DNA of 64,000 bases from Raillietiella orientalis (GCA_036172245.1 JAYWIR010000010.1:4216001-4280000), one strand, 5' to 3'; numbered from the stretch's first letter, positions 37,201-51,025 are shown. Numbers and translations: made by a program. Notes: generated by a model from the letters alone, not told the origin.

Positions 37201-40158
37201 GTGTTTCGCACCATTGCAGGCACTCAGTGGTGTGATCATCCGCAATCTCTGGATTCATTTACAGGTCGAGCCAGACTGCAGGGTTCCATTACGAACACCG
37301 GACTGAATGCCGCAAGAAAGTCAAGTACAACATTGGACAAGTAGACGTCGTTGCTCAGAAAGATGGAAAGAAAGTTGCGTGGCTCTCGGGAGGCTGCCTT
37401 TTCTTCATTATGCGTCCAAATTTCCTGGAAAAGGAAAAAAAACCAAGCTCGCGTATCCCACTCGCCCCAGTGGCATCAGCGACCGATGTGGCGGTCCCGA
37501 AACTGCGATGCCTGCGCCAGGCCGCACGCAATTTCCCCTCAACCTCGAATCACGCCGAGCAGATCGTCGAAAAATCGAAACTGTAGCCGTGGCTGCCCAA
37601 TCGATTTCCGAGGAGCCTTCCATGGTGCGCCTTGAACGGACGCCGAAGTCCTTTCAACCGCCAACAGCACGTTTTGTGTGACCCAGCAGTCACGGGCAAA
37701 TATGTGCTCGCTTCTTGCCTGTTCCACTCGGGCGCCAGGGGCATCCCCCGCCTCGGAAACATTCCGCAATACGCGAATGCGAAGTTGCTATTTGAAAGTA
37801 AGGAAGCGAATAGATTTTCGCACTGATGCAGGGAAGAAATCGGAAAGGGGATCTCACTGCTCTGGAGCCGGTGAAGACACGCAGAGGGTTTTTGCTCCAA
37901 GAAACTACGGTATCCTGCTGTTTGGTTCAGTTTCCATGTCACTGATCTCCCGCAAATCTCTGACTTGCAATTTTTTTTTTTGGAATCCTGAGACTAGGTC
38001 TCTTCATCTTAAGGATGCCCTCAGGAATGCCTTTTTAGTGTCTGCCTCAAAAGAACCATTTCTTCTTCCATCGTCTGCAAACGAGAAAACGCTAATTCAC
38101 GCGCGCGTGGAAACAGTCCGGAAGCGTTGCTTAGCGTTTACGGATAACTCCTGGAAAGCGAAAGTCGCTGGAATGACGATTTTACAATAGCTGAGAATCA
38201 TCACTTGGGCTCCCTCGGAGGAGCCTTCGAATCGCTGGTTCGTTCCTCGGAAGGTTTCAACAAGCGGGACTCCCGCTACATTTTGGGGTTCCCGTGAGTG
38301 GCTCAGAAGGAGATTCTCCGCAAGAAGTCCTGTTCCACGTGCGCGTGTCTTAGGAGACGGTGAGGTATCAAGAAGGACTCGAAGGTCTTGCACGCAGTGG
38401 ATGTTTAAGGAGATGTAAGAAAGTCCTCCTGCTGCTCACTGCCTGCAACGCCTCCTTGGCCATTTCTTACACGTCAGCAATGCATAATCGAAACGCCCAA
38501 ACTGTACGGTTTGGAAATCATCACACTCGTTGTTCGTTCCGGTTTGTTCTTGCTCTTCACGGAAAAACGCGTGCGTGTGATGGCGTGTTAATGGAATCCA
38601 CCCGCAACGCCGGTGTGAAGTTCTTTGAGAATCAGCCTCTCAATCTCTTGAGCCCGGAGTCTGATTGAGAGCTTCCCCCAAAATGACGTGTAAAAGAAAT
38701 TTCTCAGCAAATCGTCAGCTGGACAGCTTCATGCGCGTTTTTTCGACTGCCTCTCCTGTCGCCACGGAAACCTGTCGAAGCCGGAATCGGGTCGAGTTGG
38801 TATTTCTTCGTCATCTCGTTTTCATCTCCTCGGGTTCCCAACTCCTTTCTACTACGCCCGTCTCATTGGGTAGTACGTCCTCGCATACCGTTTTCACACG
38901 TTCGTACTTTTAAGGACGCAAGAAGCAGCTCTAAAGCTAAAAGGTTGAGGGTTCGTCCCGGGTACCCTCATTCGAGAGAGTGCTTTCTGGAGTTGCGCTG
39001 ATCCGAACGATCCTGCTTCCCTGAAACGTGATGGCAGCGAAGGCAGTCGATAATCTGGAAAGTGACCAAAAAATTCCTTTCGTCCTTTTCGGACAAGGAT
39101 CCGTCCTGCTTTTCGGTTCGCTCCCTCCCAAATCATAAATTCCGGTGTAGGTACAAACGCCAGGGAGGAAGCGAACGAAGCTTCTTCCCGTGAGCTCTCG
39201 ATCCCAGCACCACGCGTTCCCGCAAATGGCTTTCGTGGCACGCTTATTTCTAATCAATAAGCACACGTTTCGGCTTGACGTGGGAGCACTGCTTTCCCGT
39301 CCGATCTCTTCCGCCATGGCGGAGGAGCATGCGCGGTAGCTGTCGGGCGCCGCTCCGTCCGGGAACGAACGCCATCCTTCGCGATCCCGTGCAAGAGGAG
39401 GGAAAAGGAAAGGAAGAGAGGGGGAGATGGCACCGCGCGCCCGCGGACGCCAAAGGAACGGGAGCATAACGCCTGCGGCTTGGAAGGCGGCGAACCATTT
39501 CAGGGGAACGAACTCTCGCTGTGAGCGCAGCAGTTCAAGCGCCAACACTTTCTCGTTACCTCACCCCGCTGCTCATAGTAAATTTATAAGGGAACGCTCG
39601 CTGCAGCTGGGAGTGCGTGCATACCGCGGACGCAACTGCTTGCAAGTCGGGTTGCATCATCAAGGTGCGTGCGTCTTCTTCACACCTCCGCTGCTAGAGG
39701 ATCTGATTTATCACGCGCTTTCCACGCCGGGGGAACCGAAATAGACGCGCAGGTCAAAGACCCCATCGCAGACCAGGGTACCGTTCGCACAGCTTTCAAG
39801 ATGAAGATCGCACGCAGCACTAGCAGGCAGAGAGGTGCCTTCCCTCGAGGTGCAGATGCTGCAACTGAAGGTAAGCTCGGCACGTAGTTCGCCTTTTCGT
39901 GCAAGGAGATGATAGGCGAATCCCAAGATGATTCTTGGAGAACACCATGTGCCGACGTGATGTTCCCCTAAAACATCCATTGCGTCTCCGCAAGCATGAA
40001 GGGTTGAAATGGTGTGGTGGCTGCAAGAAATTCTGATGTGAGGAGGAGCTCATCGAGCGTCACGAAAACTGACGCGTCGGTACGCACAGGAAAAAATTAT
40101 CGATCGAAATCGGGAAGCGGTAAGCCTCAATAATCTCTCTCCCCTACCTCCCCCCCCC

Positions 40159-40189
<31 letters not shown>

Positions 40190-41327
40190 ACTCCATCCGC
40201 TCTTGGCAACGGGAAACGGTTATTGAAGCTCTCTTGAAGAACAGCGGAAACCAATCGTCATGAACAATTAACCATTAAGTGAGAAAAACACAGAGGAGGA
40301 ACAAACCGCAGCCACTGCAAACGGCTGCTGCTGCAGCCACGACGGCAGTGGACTCGGTCGTTGGCACTGCATTGCTTCTTAAAGAGTGTTCCTTCCTTGG
40401 TCACTTGGTCTTCTTCTTCCAATCGCTCAACGCAGGAATGTTTTTCAAAATGCTCCTCTGAGAAAACGATGCATGTTGCATTCTCCCGCCCATGAAAAAA
40501 CATCGAAGGACGAACTGTGTGATCCAATGGCAGCTTTTTTCCGCTCCTTCCAAAAGCTGGAAGCCACTTCTGTGCGTTCTTATCAGTCAAGTTGCAGTTT
40601 GGAGTTTGGGAGCGTCGCCTTTATAGTAGCGATTTCGGGAAGAATCGCACCTCGAGGGAAAAAGAGATGCTTTACAGATGGGAAACATTCTGCAGGCCGT
40701 AGGGGATCATTGCAAGTTTCAGATTCTTGAACCTCGATTCGTTTATGCATCCAGTTGAAGCTGGACAGATGGTCACATCCTATGGCTGTACGGAATCGTT
40801 CCATTTTTCTCGAAAACGGTCCCCGTCGAAGAGCGATGGACCGATTCACGAAACCGGTCATCAGAAAATCCCTTGCGGAATCATTCGGTGTTTTCTGATT
40901 GTCTGAACTCGTGAATGTCTCATTTGAATATCTGTACAGAAGACCCCCCTGTATGGTGCGGGTTCGTATAACGCGGGGACGGAAAAAAACGATGGCAGCC
41001 CTCGCATAGCGCGGTACGGCGCGTTGAATAAATTCCAATTTCGTAGTACCACGCCAGTTCAGATGCTTTCGAAGACTTTTAATTCAAGAGGGCTGAATTC
41101 CATTCCATCCGAATAAATAGCGCACGAAGACACATCTTTCAATGTGGAGAGCGATAGAGCTGAAACTATAGGAGCATCTAAATTCATCACCTACCAACAG
41201 GCTACTGGAAGCTTTTTTTTGTGTTTTTTAAATTTAATTTAAAATGGATAAATTTTCAATGAATTTTCGTTTCAAAGTAAAATAATGGACATTGTACCGA
41301 TAATTTCCTTTATACCTTTTACTAATA

Positions 41328-41663
41328 CAGTGGCGCCTCGGTACTCGTCGGTAATTCGTTCCGGAACTCGTGAAGAGTGCCGACACCGACGAGAACCGAA
41401 CAGATTTTAATTTAATCATTTTAGGATCCATGATTCACGCTTAAAATGCACGGAAAGCATCTGAACACAAAAAGGAACGATTCGGGAGGCACCCTATGGA
41501 AGTGTTCGACACTGTTCGCGAGCTACCACGAGAGGAAAGCGTTCACTTGTTTCATCATGGGAGTGGGGTGTCGAGTTCCGAGCATGAACGGAGCGTCGAA
41601 ACATCTTTTTATATCGTCAAAATGCGACGAGTACTGAGTTCGACGAGTACCGAGGTACGACTG
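41328..41663. mobile_element. Non-autonomous Tc1/mariner (Tigger/pogo-type) MITE, 336 bp
   Basis: TIRs CAGTGGCGCCTCGGTACTCGTCG / CGACGAGTACCGAGGTACGACTG, flanked by TA at 41326-41327 and 41664-41665; internal repeats of CGACGAGTAC-like motifs. Confidence 0.88.
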
Positions 41664-44600
41664 TACCAGCGTCCAAGTTTAATTCATAGGGTTCGTAAAA
41701 CGCGTAACTTCCCCCTGTGTTACACGGGGCCCTACTTTATTTCATTCTGGGGAATCGAACGGTTTTATCTTCCAGATGAAAGCATTCGCAGTGCTGATTT
41801 TGTGGGTATTATGCCATGCAAAACCTTCACGTGATGAAGAGAGGTGCAAACGGGGAAGCGCAAGAACAGAAGAAACGTCTTTGCCGTCATCATCTCCGAA
41901 AACTTCCCACGGTTCCTTCCCAACGAGTGGGTGCCGCAGACCATGCCATCACCCTTTCTTGCTTCAGGATTTCGAGGGGAACTGAGAGCAGAGCGCAGCT
42001 TCCCGAATGACTTTTCCAAGCGGCTACGCGATTCGCTGCCTCACACTCCAGATGCACGCGGAATCACCAGTGTGCAGGCAAAGAATACTCACGCATCACT
42101 TAGGGATCCACAGCTGCTGGATCCGAGCGTTATTCGCAGTTCCACCAAGATAAATCATGTCAGGCACCCGGGTGATTAATGAAGGACTGACTCCGAAGGC
42201 TAAGTGAATCCCTGAATTCTGTCTCGCTTCCTCTCTGCGAGGTGCCACCGAAACCTTCCCGGCCGATCCGCGCGCGCTCTCAGCGCGAAGGGGCATGCTC
42301 GTCCCGAAAGTCCTGAAAATCATTCCGAAAACAGGGAAGATGTTCGGCGGAACGACGTCTGTGGATCGCGTTGTTCAGATACGGAGCGGAAGCGTCTTGA
42401 ATTTCATCAAATTAGAAACAAAACAACAGCAACTCGCTTCTGTTAATTGGGCCGTTTCCTCACGTTGCGTTTGAAGAGGAGTTCAGAGTTCCAGTCCAGG
42501 CTCTGAGCAGGTGTTTTCAGATGCTTCGATCTTGATCTGGATCCCGCAAAGAGGGGATTCGACTTCACGAGTTGCATTCAAGCACGGAGGAGAGCAAGTC
42601 CTCAGAGCGACGTTTCCGTCTTCAGCTCCCGCGCTCATTTGCTTGTGAGTCCTCGAAGCCACGGGACCACAAACACACCCTCCCGAACGTTGGGCTGCAC
42701 CAGCCTGCACGGAAGTTTCATAAAAGTTCCCGAATTTGCGTAATCTATTTCGAAGAGATCAAAGTTCTCACATTCGAGCAGCTCAGCTGCCATGAGGTGT
42801 GTTCCAAGTCGGAAAACTCCGTCCCCTCCAAATTACATACGTTGAAAAAGTTCTTCCCATACGTGAAATGGAATCCTCCACGCTAATCTGAACCTCTACT
42901 GATCGGCTATCCTTAAGCTTCCCCTTCCAACCCCTTTCGAGTGTTCAAATGCTGTGCGTGCGCGTGTGTGTTTCATCTTGCACTATTTCTTTGCAGTTTG
43001 TGTGCACACTGTCTTCAGACGAACCGCCACGACCAGAGCCGTTTCCAGCAAGTTGCAGTTACGCTCGGTGCTCTATTAGGTCACGTATATGTTCTTAACA
43101 CGTGCTGAAAGGCATCTTCCTTATGAATAAGAAGGGACTCCTCAAATGAGTACCTCAAATGCACTTCTGTCAGGAAGCCGCTCAATTTTACGAAATGTGG
43201 AAAACACTTTGCCCGGCAGCGCCCGATCCGTCAGCGATCTTTAATCAGTTCATGTCGCTCATTTCTTTAGATAAGGCAGCGGATATCAAATAAAGGATCA
43301 TCATCTACGCTGCGATCGATTTCTTCGAATGAAGGATCCGGTAGAGAGATTCGGCAAACAGAGTGGTGCCACACATCAAAGGCAGAATTAATTTCATTCA
43401 AGTGCAGTTTTAACAAGGAACCAGTGAAGGGGGGCATAGGGCAATCCTCGCAGGAGCCATAATTACAATAAGTGTTTAAGAACTGAGAGGACTCGACACG
43501 GACCGTTTCGAGCCGGGAATTTTCCACCGCAGGAGTCCATCGGGAGTGCCCACGAGTCGGTCAGATTCATCGTGGAGTGGACCGTTCGAGTGCTGCATCG
43601 AGAGCTTCCTGGGGGAATGCCAATCCATAAAGTTTCGGGAGTGAAAAGGTACATCCAGTCTTTGCGCCCCCTGGGTTTCGAAAATTCGTGGAAGCTTACC
43701 TGCAAGACAAGCAAGCAAAAACAAAAAACAGAAACCGAAGTGTGCGGGAGACTGTAAAAAGCGAGAGATAAACAGAGAGGACGTCTTTCAGAACTGATGT
43801 CAAAAACGAGTTTGATGTTTCACTTCAGCGATACTGATGCTAAACCGCGTTCGGGGAGACGGGTTTGAAGACCGAGCGCTTTTTTTTTTCCCCTCTTCTT
43901 CTTCTCCTTCTCTCAGCTGGTTCAAGATCATAACTGCAACATGTGCTCTGTAGGTGACCAATTGGAAAACTCGCCTGGGATGGCTACAAGAAAGACGTGG
44001 ATTTTTTTTTTTTTTTCTGAAGAAAAGCTTGCGGATGGCACGGGCAGCTGACGAAGGCGAACCATGGCAGCCAGGAGAGGCGGCGACTGGTGCTCGTGCC
44101 CTTGAAAGATGGATCTTTAAAACAGGCACCACCTTAAGGACCCACCCTCAAGCAGGGTTGGTGCAGCGGATGAGGATGCGGATATCACGTTGGCTGGAGC
44201 GAAAACTATTCCGGCAGCGTTCTTGCTGGCGGAACGAGGCTTTTCAGCGCCAAGGGCTTGCATGCGCAGGTAACTCGTACTGACATCTAATGGGAGGAGT
44301 GAAAGGTCTTCGACTTGGTAGCTTCAGATGCATGCACAGCAAGCACTTTTGCTGTTTGCCCGTTTTATCCGGCCCTTGGAGCTCTCTGCAGCAAGGGCAA
44401 GGCCCTGCACTCATCCGTCGTGATCAACGGCCCAGCGCGAAGAATGAAAAAAATCGAGTGTCTCACCTCACAAGGAAAAAGCCTTCATCCTCAGCAAAAA
44501 CGATGAAGAGTAGAGAAGGCTTTTAGCACAGGAGATGAGAAGAACTCACTTCTCTTCTTGTGCCTTCAGTTACAGACAAAACGTTCAAGGGCGAAGGTGA

Positions 44601-46088
44601 TAATTAGCATTATCGTTTGATGCTATCATTCATATTCATACGTTGCTGCTATGTAATAATCATAATGTAATTTAAAAATGGATTTCATGCATGTATCTCG
44701 TGGCTGCTGTTCTTTGCAAAAGTTATGGAGTCGGACACTGCCTCATGGGAACCATTAATTAATATTGCTGTGCACTGTAGGACGATATGTATTTATGTGT
44801 TGTACAGAGAAAGGGCAGCAGCAGACTTTGTGGACTCTGCAGGTTTTATGCACGATACGTGCGTTCCGTCGAATGGGACGCTGGGAATTGCAAATGCTTT
44901 CGGTAAGGGGTGTGAAAATTGCACGTCCACTCAATCGAATCACTTCGGATCGTCTTTCAAATAAAAATATGTACATATGTATGAAAAAAAAAAAAAAAGA
45001 CACTGTGAGCATCGACCCATCTTCAGTGTTTAGATTCTCGCGGTGCAGAAGCTGCTCGTGAAAAGAAGCCATTCCGGCATCAATAAAAGATTTACATTGA
45101 ACAAAAGGAAGCGATTTCCAGAATTCTTTTGTCTTTATGAGAGCTGCCAGGGTCCCATAAAGTTAAGGGCGCTTGTGGAACATCCAATAGTTACAACTCA
45201 GGAGCGGACGTTTTGCAGGAATTTTCTGAAGGGAAAACGTCCTGTTGGAAGAAAAAAAAAAAAAAAAAAAAGAAGAGTTCTCAAAGTTATTAGACACCAC
45301 TGCAGGATATCGGACGTCAGTTTTCTCATTCTTCCTCATAGCAGCGTTTAACATCCAGTTTGGAGTGACAGAAGCCTCAGCTCGTTGGCACAGCATTCAA
45401 GCCAGTCTATTCAAAAAAATTTCAGCATACTCCTCCTGGCATGTGAATCCCAGTGGGTTTTTCTCCTTGAGAGCTCTATGAGCTCGAGGTAAATTATCCA
45501 CAATTAGGATGATAGTAGGATGACTAACCATTTATGGTGCTATAGATCGATAATAACGAATCTGTTTTTTTTTTTTTTTTCCTGTGAATACGGCCGAGGA
45601 CTCCGCGAAAGAACGTAAAACGGGAGTTCGTTTTGAGCAGAGACTCGCCGTTTCGAAAAAGCCGAGAAATCTGCGCAGCGGAAAGAGCAACGGAGGAGCA
45701 GTGTGTTGCCATGCAGGCAGGAAGAAGAAAGCTGTTGAAAATCGGGATCAGCATCTTCGCGTTTTGCAGTCGCCGTGTTGTTCTCGGACTTCTTGCTTAT
45801 GAGAGAGAGCAAACAACCAAAGAATCCAAAATTTTCATGTTTGCCCACTGTGGTGATAGCTCTGTCCGTGAAGATCAACATCGGCAGCAGTTGTGATTCG
45901 AAGTCCACACGCACAATTGGTCGCTCACGCATTCTGCGCACACCTTTATTGTATGGCAACACTGATTTGCTAAATAAAAATGTGAAGGTGCTAATGAGCA
46001 TCGCCCGCTACAGATCAGTGATATTCTTTCGTGAGACCAGCCTAAAAAATCCACATTTAAGAACAACCCTTTTTTTGTTCAATAAGTG

Positions 46089-46094
46089 TTTATT
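46089..46094 (-). promoter_or_regulatory. Candidate polyadenylation signal of the STYXL1-like gene
   Basis: AATAAA on the minus strand ~94 nt after the stop at 46188. Confidence 0.5.
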
Positions 46095-46187
46095 TCCTTC
46101 ATTAGAAAAGACATAAGGTGCAGTTGGCGTCACTGGAATTTTGAGAAAAATAAATAGAAAATTGGCAGTAGTATTTCACACATTGGA

Positions 46188-49100
46188 TCACCAAAGTTCT
46201 TTGATGTTGGTCAGCTTGCGGCCAAATATTTGTTCTTCTAAAGTGCTCAACTGTGCCAGCAGTGGACTTGAGTCGAGAGCCACGGTTCTCATATGACTCA
46301 CATAATCATATGCATCTTCGAGGGTGCAAGATTTGTAATGCATGAGATAACCCATGACCACCGCTGCTCCACGGTTCACTCCCTGGAAAAACAGGCACAT
46401 GTACACATCGGAAAAATAAATTTTCATTTTTCGCTGACTGTCGTGGCAACTGCCAGAGTTGGCCAATGGATTCCGCCATACTGGATTCCACACCTAAGAA
46501 CCATTAAAGACCGAGATGACCTCGGGTTTTCATTTCAATAGTCAGAATTCAAGGGGCATAGATAGGGCATAGTATCTTACGGAACAACTGGCGTCTGTTT
46601 AAAGCGTTACTTTGAGCTTTCCAACACTGTAAACTAATAATTAAAAAAAATATCTTTATTCATCTACTGATCACCTGATCCCTTCCAGAATCGTTGAGCC
46701 ATTATCCAAAGCAAGGCTGGAAAGAAGCTAGCTTCTCCTTGCCCGAGAAATACAAAATTGTGAGGAGCGGTGCGGACCTCACTTGCGGGGGGTGTTTCGT
46801 GCTCAAAGAGCGCGCACTCGCGGCCGCCGCGAGCAACCAGCTTCATCACCCACAGACACGACCACGACCGCGCCATCCAAAATGGAGGCAGGGAATATGG
46901 TAGCCTGTGGTCGCGCCAGACAAACGCTGCCGGGGGTCTACTCCAAGAGACCTGCCGGGGCTCCAGAACGGGAGTGCGCAACGTCCCCTGCGCTTGCACG
47001 AAGCGTAGCCGGCGGAGCCGCAGCAGACAGTGCAAGTGACCAGGCAAAGAGCCGGGGTCGGCGACTACGAGAGCGACGGCGTGGACGGCGACGCAAGCGG
47101 AGTATACGGCAACGAGAGCGACGACCTGGACGGCAACCACGAGAAGGACGGCGTGGACGGCGACGTGAAAGCAGTTCGCGAAAGGTCCTTAACGCTATTC
47201 TCAAGACTGTGAAGCCCAAATCGTTGTAAGTTTGCATATCTACTTCATCCCGTTCGGCCGTTGCGAAAGGATGAGTGAGAACACAGAGGTCTTCATCATG
47301 TCTGCAGACAAACCCGCTACAAACCCTCACGCGTGTGGGCTGCTGCAGGGAGAGTCGATGGTCGTACGCCCCACAAAGGATGGACGTGTCCTTTCCTCGG
47401 AAAGCTCACTGCTTCAAGTGATCCAAACGACTTGCAGCCACCTTCACGTTTCGCAGGATTTTGGATTTTTGCGCTGCATTCCTAATTTCATCTCGAACGA
47501 AATCTCTACGAGCACGCCGCCGACTGCACAGCTTCTTTAGGAGACACATGCACGATTCGTCTCGTAAACTCTCTGGAAGGGCAGCTGCGTGAATCTTTCG
47601 AATTCGCTGCTCAGCGTGAGAAAACAGACAGCGCCTTCGTCTACGAATTTCCATCAATGGGCATGATGTTCTAGAAGCGGCGGCGGGGTGCAGACGAGGC
47701 TTCCCTCAAACGTGCTCGCGATGTTCTATAGATGCGGATTTGAATACGGCCATATTGCAGGCAGCTTCCAGAGTACACGTTGCACGCCAGGGCTGCTCGC
47801 ATTCTCAAAAGATGAAAATGATAATAAATAGGAGTATTAATGCAACGGTCTGTTTTCGAGGAGCTGATGGCAGCTGTTCACAATCGGCGCTAGGGCTATC
47901 GCGGTGACGTTCGAAAAGAAACACTTTAAAGGAATTCTTCAGCTTCCTACGGGAGAGGGTGGATATGGGGAGGGAGGAGAAGAAAGGAAAATTGGCACCA
48001 CTTCGTAGCTACATTAAAAATTGATTAGATCTAATTTTACAAAGTCCCACGAAGTTAAAAGGAAAATAGGTTCAGCAGTGAAGAGTCAGTAGGAAAGACA
48101 TCAAGTGGGCTGTTCTCTGACAATCTTTTGAATAGGGCGCCTCAACAATTAAATGGTGTCAGTGATCCTACAACAATGAATTGCGATTCAACAATGGACC
48201 CATGATTCCGTTATGCAAGCTTAATGACAGGAACAGACCAATGAAGCGTCCACCTTTCTAAAACGGTGGCTAAAGAGAGTGACGATGCAAAATACAAGAG
48301 GCTTTACTCTTTCGATTTCGCCGAGTACCTTTAGACTTTTGCAGGAATTTATCCTCTCAATTTATGATGCCACGAGACTTTAGTAATTCCACCCATTTTG
48401 AATGGAAAAATTTTTGCGAGAATTATACAGACAGCTCAAGTTGATTTTGGTGTTCAGCTTGAGATGCAGCTTTGTGAGCTCCTTTAAGAAGTGAAAGCTA
48501 CCTCAGCAGTTCTGTCCTCCGTGGGCAGATACGAGCAAGCCATCTTTGTTTGAGCCGCCCGAATAATTCAAAACATAATGCTTCTAGCGTGCCCTCCACG
48601 AGCAGATTCGACCCTGAGGTAAGATTTCCGTGCTCAAAAAGCACAGGAACCGGACCAAGACCGGAAATGAGCACCATTCCTCGATGCTTGGATTTGAGCT
48701 CGCTGTTTTGGGAGGAATCCTCCCCTCTTCTTCCTCTTTTCCCCGAGTCTGAAGTGAGAAGACGATTTTCGCATCGCTCTCATGCATTCTGCACCAGAAG
48801 TCTTAATTGCATGGCATCGGAAGAGAGATGCAAGCACCGTTCGGAATGGGTGTGCTCTGACCGAGTGAATTGGATCGCCTCCACGTATATTTGTTTTCTT
48901 ATAGATCGGAATCTAATAACGGACTTTATTATCAGTTAAACTTACTCGTTTTGGCTGGGGGGGGGGGGGGCGAAGCAATGAAACTATGAAGGCTTCGTGC
49001 TCCTCGGCGTGAAAGAACTTTTTCATTTCTTTTCTTTTTTTTAAATACAGCTTTATAAAAATCATTCAATGCATATTTTTCATTTTTAGGGCATGAAATT

Positions 49101-50974
49101 GACAAAGGCACTCGGTGTTTAAATAGCCTAATTTCAGTGTTTACCAAACGCCTCGTTACGTATCTCTCTTGTTAGCGAAAAACGCAGAACCCAGCTGCTG
49201 AGACCGATGATACCCTACTTTCTGGATGCCCCCGAAGCGGCAGGATTCCGCGAGAAACCGAAGACTAATTTGTTAAAATAGGTCCACAACATTTTGCCCC
49301 GATGGAACAGAGCAGCGCTCTCATCTCGATGCAATGGTACATAGCGATACATTAAGTTGAAAGCTATATTTTCGAGCAAGGTGAATGACCAAATTTCCAT
49401 TTTGTACGGGTGTGTTGCACGTATATGCGTGTACAGAGAAAAAGAGGCGGGGGGGAACGAAGGAAACCTTTTCCCTCTCCTGATTTCCGAGGTCCTCTTA
49501 CATCGTCATGGGCTCCTCTCCTAGTTGTTCGATGGATCAGACCCCTCTCAGCGGGGGTACCCTCCCAGTCGTCCTTCACAGAGTGCAAGAGAAGGAACAT
49601 GGAGCAGGAGCCCACGCGGGCTCCTCTCCTAGTTGTTCTTCCTGTTTCAGTGATAGCCTGCTATTCGGAAGAGCACCACTAGATCTCCAGGCAACAGACG
49701 TGCTTTTCAAATTAGAGGATCCGGAGAAGAAATGAGCGAGAATAGAAACGCCAGAACCGAACTCGATCCGACTTCGCGCAAAACGGCGATCATTCTCTCG
49801 GAAAAAGATCCATCGAGCATAAGAGACCAACCGTGGCTACTGCATCTTTTTTCAAAGGGTGTCAGACGTACCCCTACGTGCAGGAGACGCGAAAAATTTC
49901 CGTTTGTTTCGTGTGACATCTTCTAACATCCGTATAGTATCACAAATAACTCACTCGTACTCACATGTTTGTAGACTGAAAAATGATGGCTTTGAGTATC
50001 TTGTATGAAGACAGAAAGCTCTTACGAATGGAATTCATGGTACCCCATATTTAACCCTTCGTTGCTCTCATACGATCTTCATTCGTAGAAGGATCCTTTT
50101 TCCCAACGACTTTGAACGCGAAGTGAATTAAGGTGGAAATGGGGGACTGGAATGACGTTGATAAAGTAATCAAACACAGATTGGCCCAGGAGGCATCGCA
50201 AAATTGCGTTCATGTGTTCCCTAGAAGAATGCACCTTCTCTGGAATCATTAATCCGAATTTGGGGACAGTTCTTTAAAAATAAACCCTGATCTCCGAGAC
50301 AAGTACAGTAATTCTGAAGTTCAAGAAACTTCAACTCTGAACGAATGCCAAAATCTATTAATTAAAGAAAGTTTTGGCAGGTAAATGCAGGTTGGCTTGC
50401 GGGGCAGAATACTTATTAGAAATGCGTTTTAAAGGAACAGGTGCCCTTGCTCCTCAACACCGGCGTACACGATGCTGTCACTGAGTACAGAACAGCGGAT
50501 ATCGGAGTAAAAGTGAAGGAGAATCTGTCTGCTTCCAGTGGAACTGCATCTGCCGATTTCTAGCTACGAGCCACGTGGAGCTGCTTCTCTGATGGGGGGC
50601 ATTTCGTCCGTTCAAGGCGTGTCTCGTTTCCATACCGTACCATACATTCCACTCTTTCGCTGAAGACTGATCTTCCGCTCTTTGACCAGGGAGGGGATTC
50701 CTCGGATGTTGCACTTTCTTTACTACGAAGCCAACCAAGCTTTACGTGATCCTATTTTTAGAATCTCTTGTCAGCAAGTGCATGAGGAAAACTTGCCCTA
50801 TAAAATGGTAGGTTGTAGGCAATCAGTCGGTTTTGCAAGGGTAGTATGCGGTTCAGAACTATCCGTGGAGGCAGCTTATCCACCAATTAGACGCAAAGTG
50901 AATGATTTTAAAATATGGGGGACTTGTTGATCATTGCAAAAGGGAGGGTTAGAAAGCGTTGAAAGACACAACAA

Positions 50975-51025
<51 letters not shown>

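Larger units (their letters stand above)
33670..46114 (-). pseudogene. DNAAF9: Frameshifted relic of a DNAAF9/Shulin (C20orf194)-like gene
   Basis: About ten peptides collinear with the recalled human protein: SHERISLICS and PYNKGVRRM (~46030-45930) vs SCSRLRQVQS/YNEGCREL; IGIPPGS..CGGKF (~43620) vs IGIPYSS..IGGDGFF; SPFLF (~43130) vs QPFVLF; HHVGTWCSP..NYVPSL (~39950) vs HMVAQCVSP..THVPYL; FILKAV vs FHIHAV; IWEG..FFGHFP (~39120) vs FYDG..LLPHLP; GDAPG (~37745) vs GLPG; LAEVEALL..IFWSANKMV..IIQVFV (~35950) vs LVQLQSLI..FILAENGIV..MVQICV; SGNL vs SGNI; REFSKQ (~34540) vs RQSAKQ; LKDKGMLGNQ..GWLRNG (~33830) vs LKTRGMLTQQ..GYFYNG. Individual matches are weak; the order carries the argument. Confidence 0.6.

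Noticed and set aside
50051..50952. piggyBac-like TTAACCCTT end
   Set aside because: No convincing matching right TIR with TTAA.
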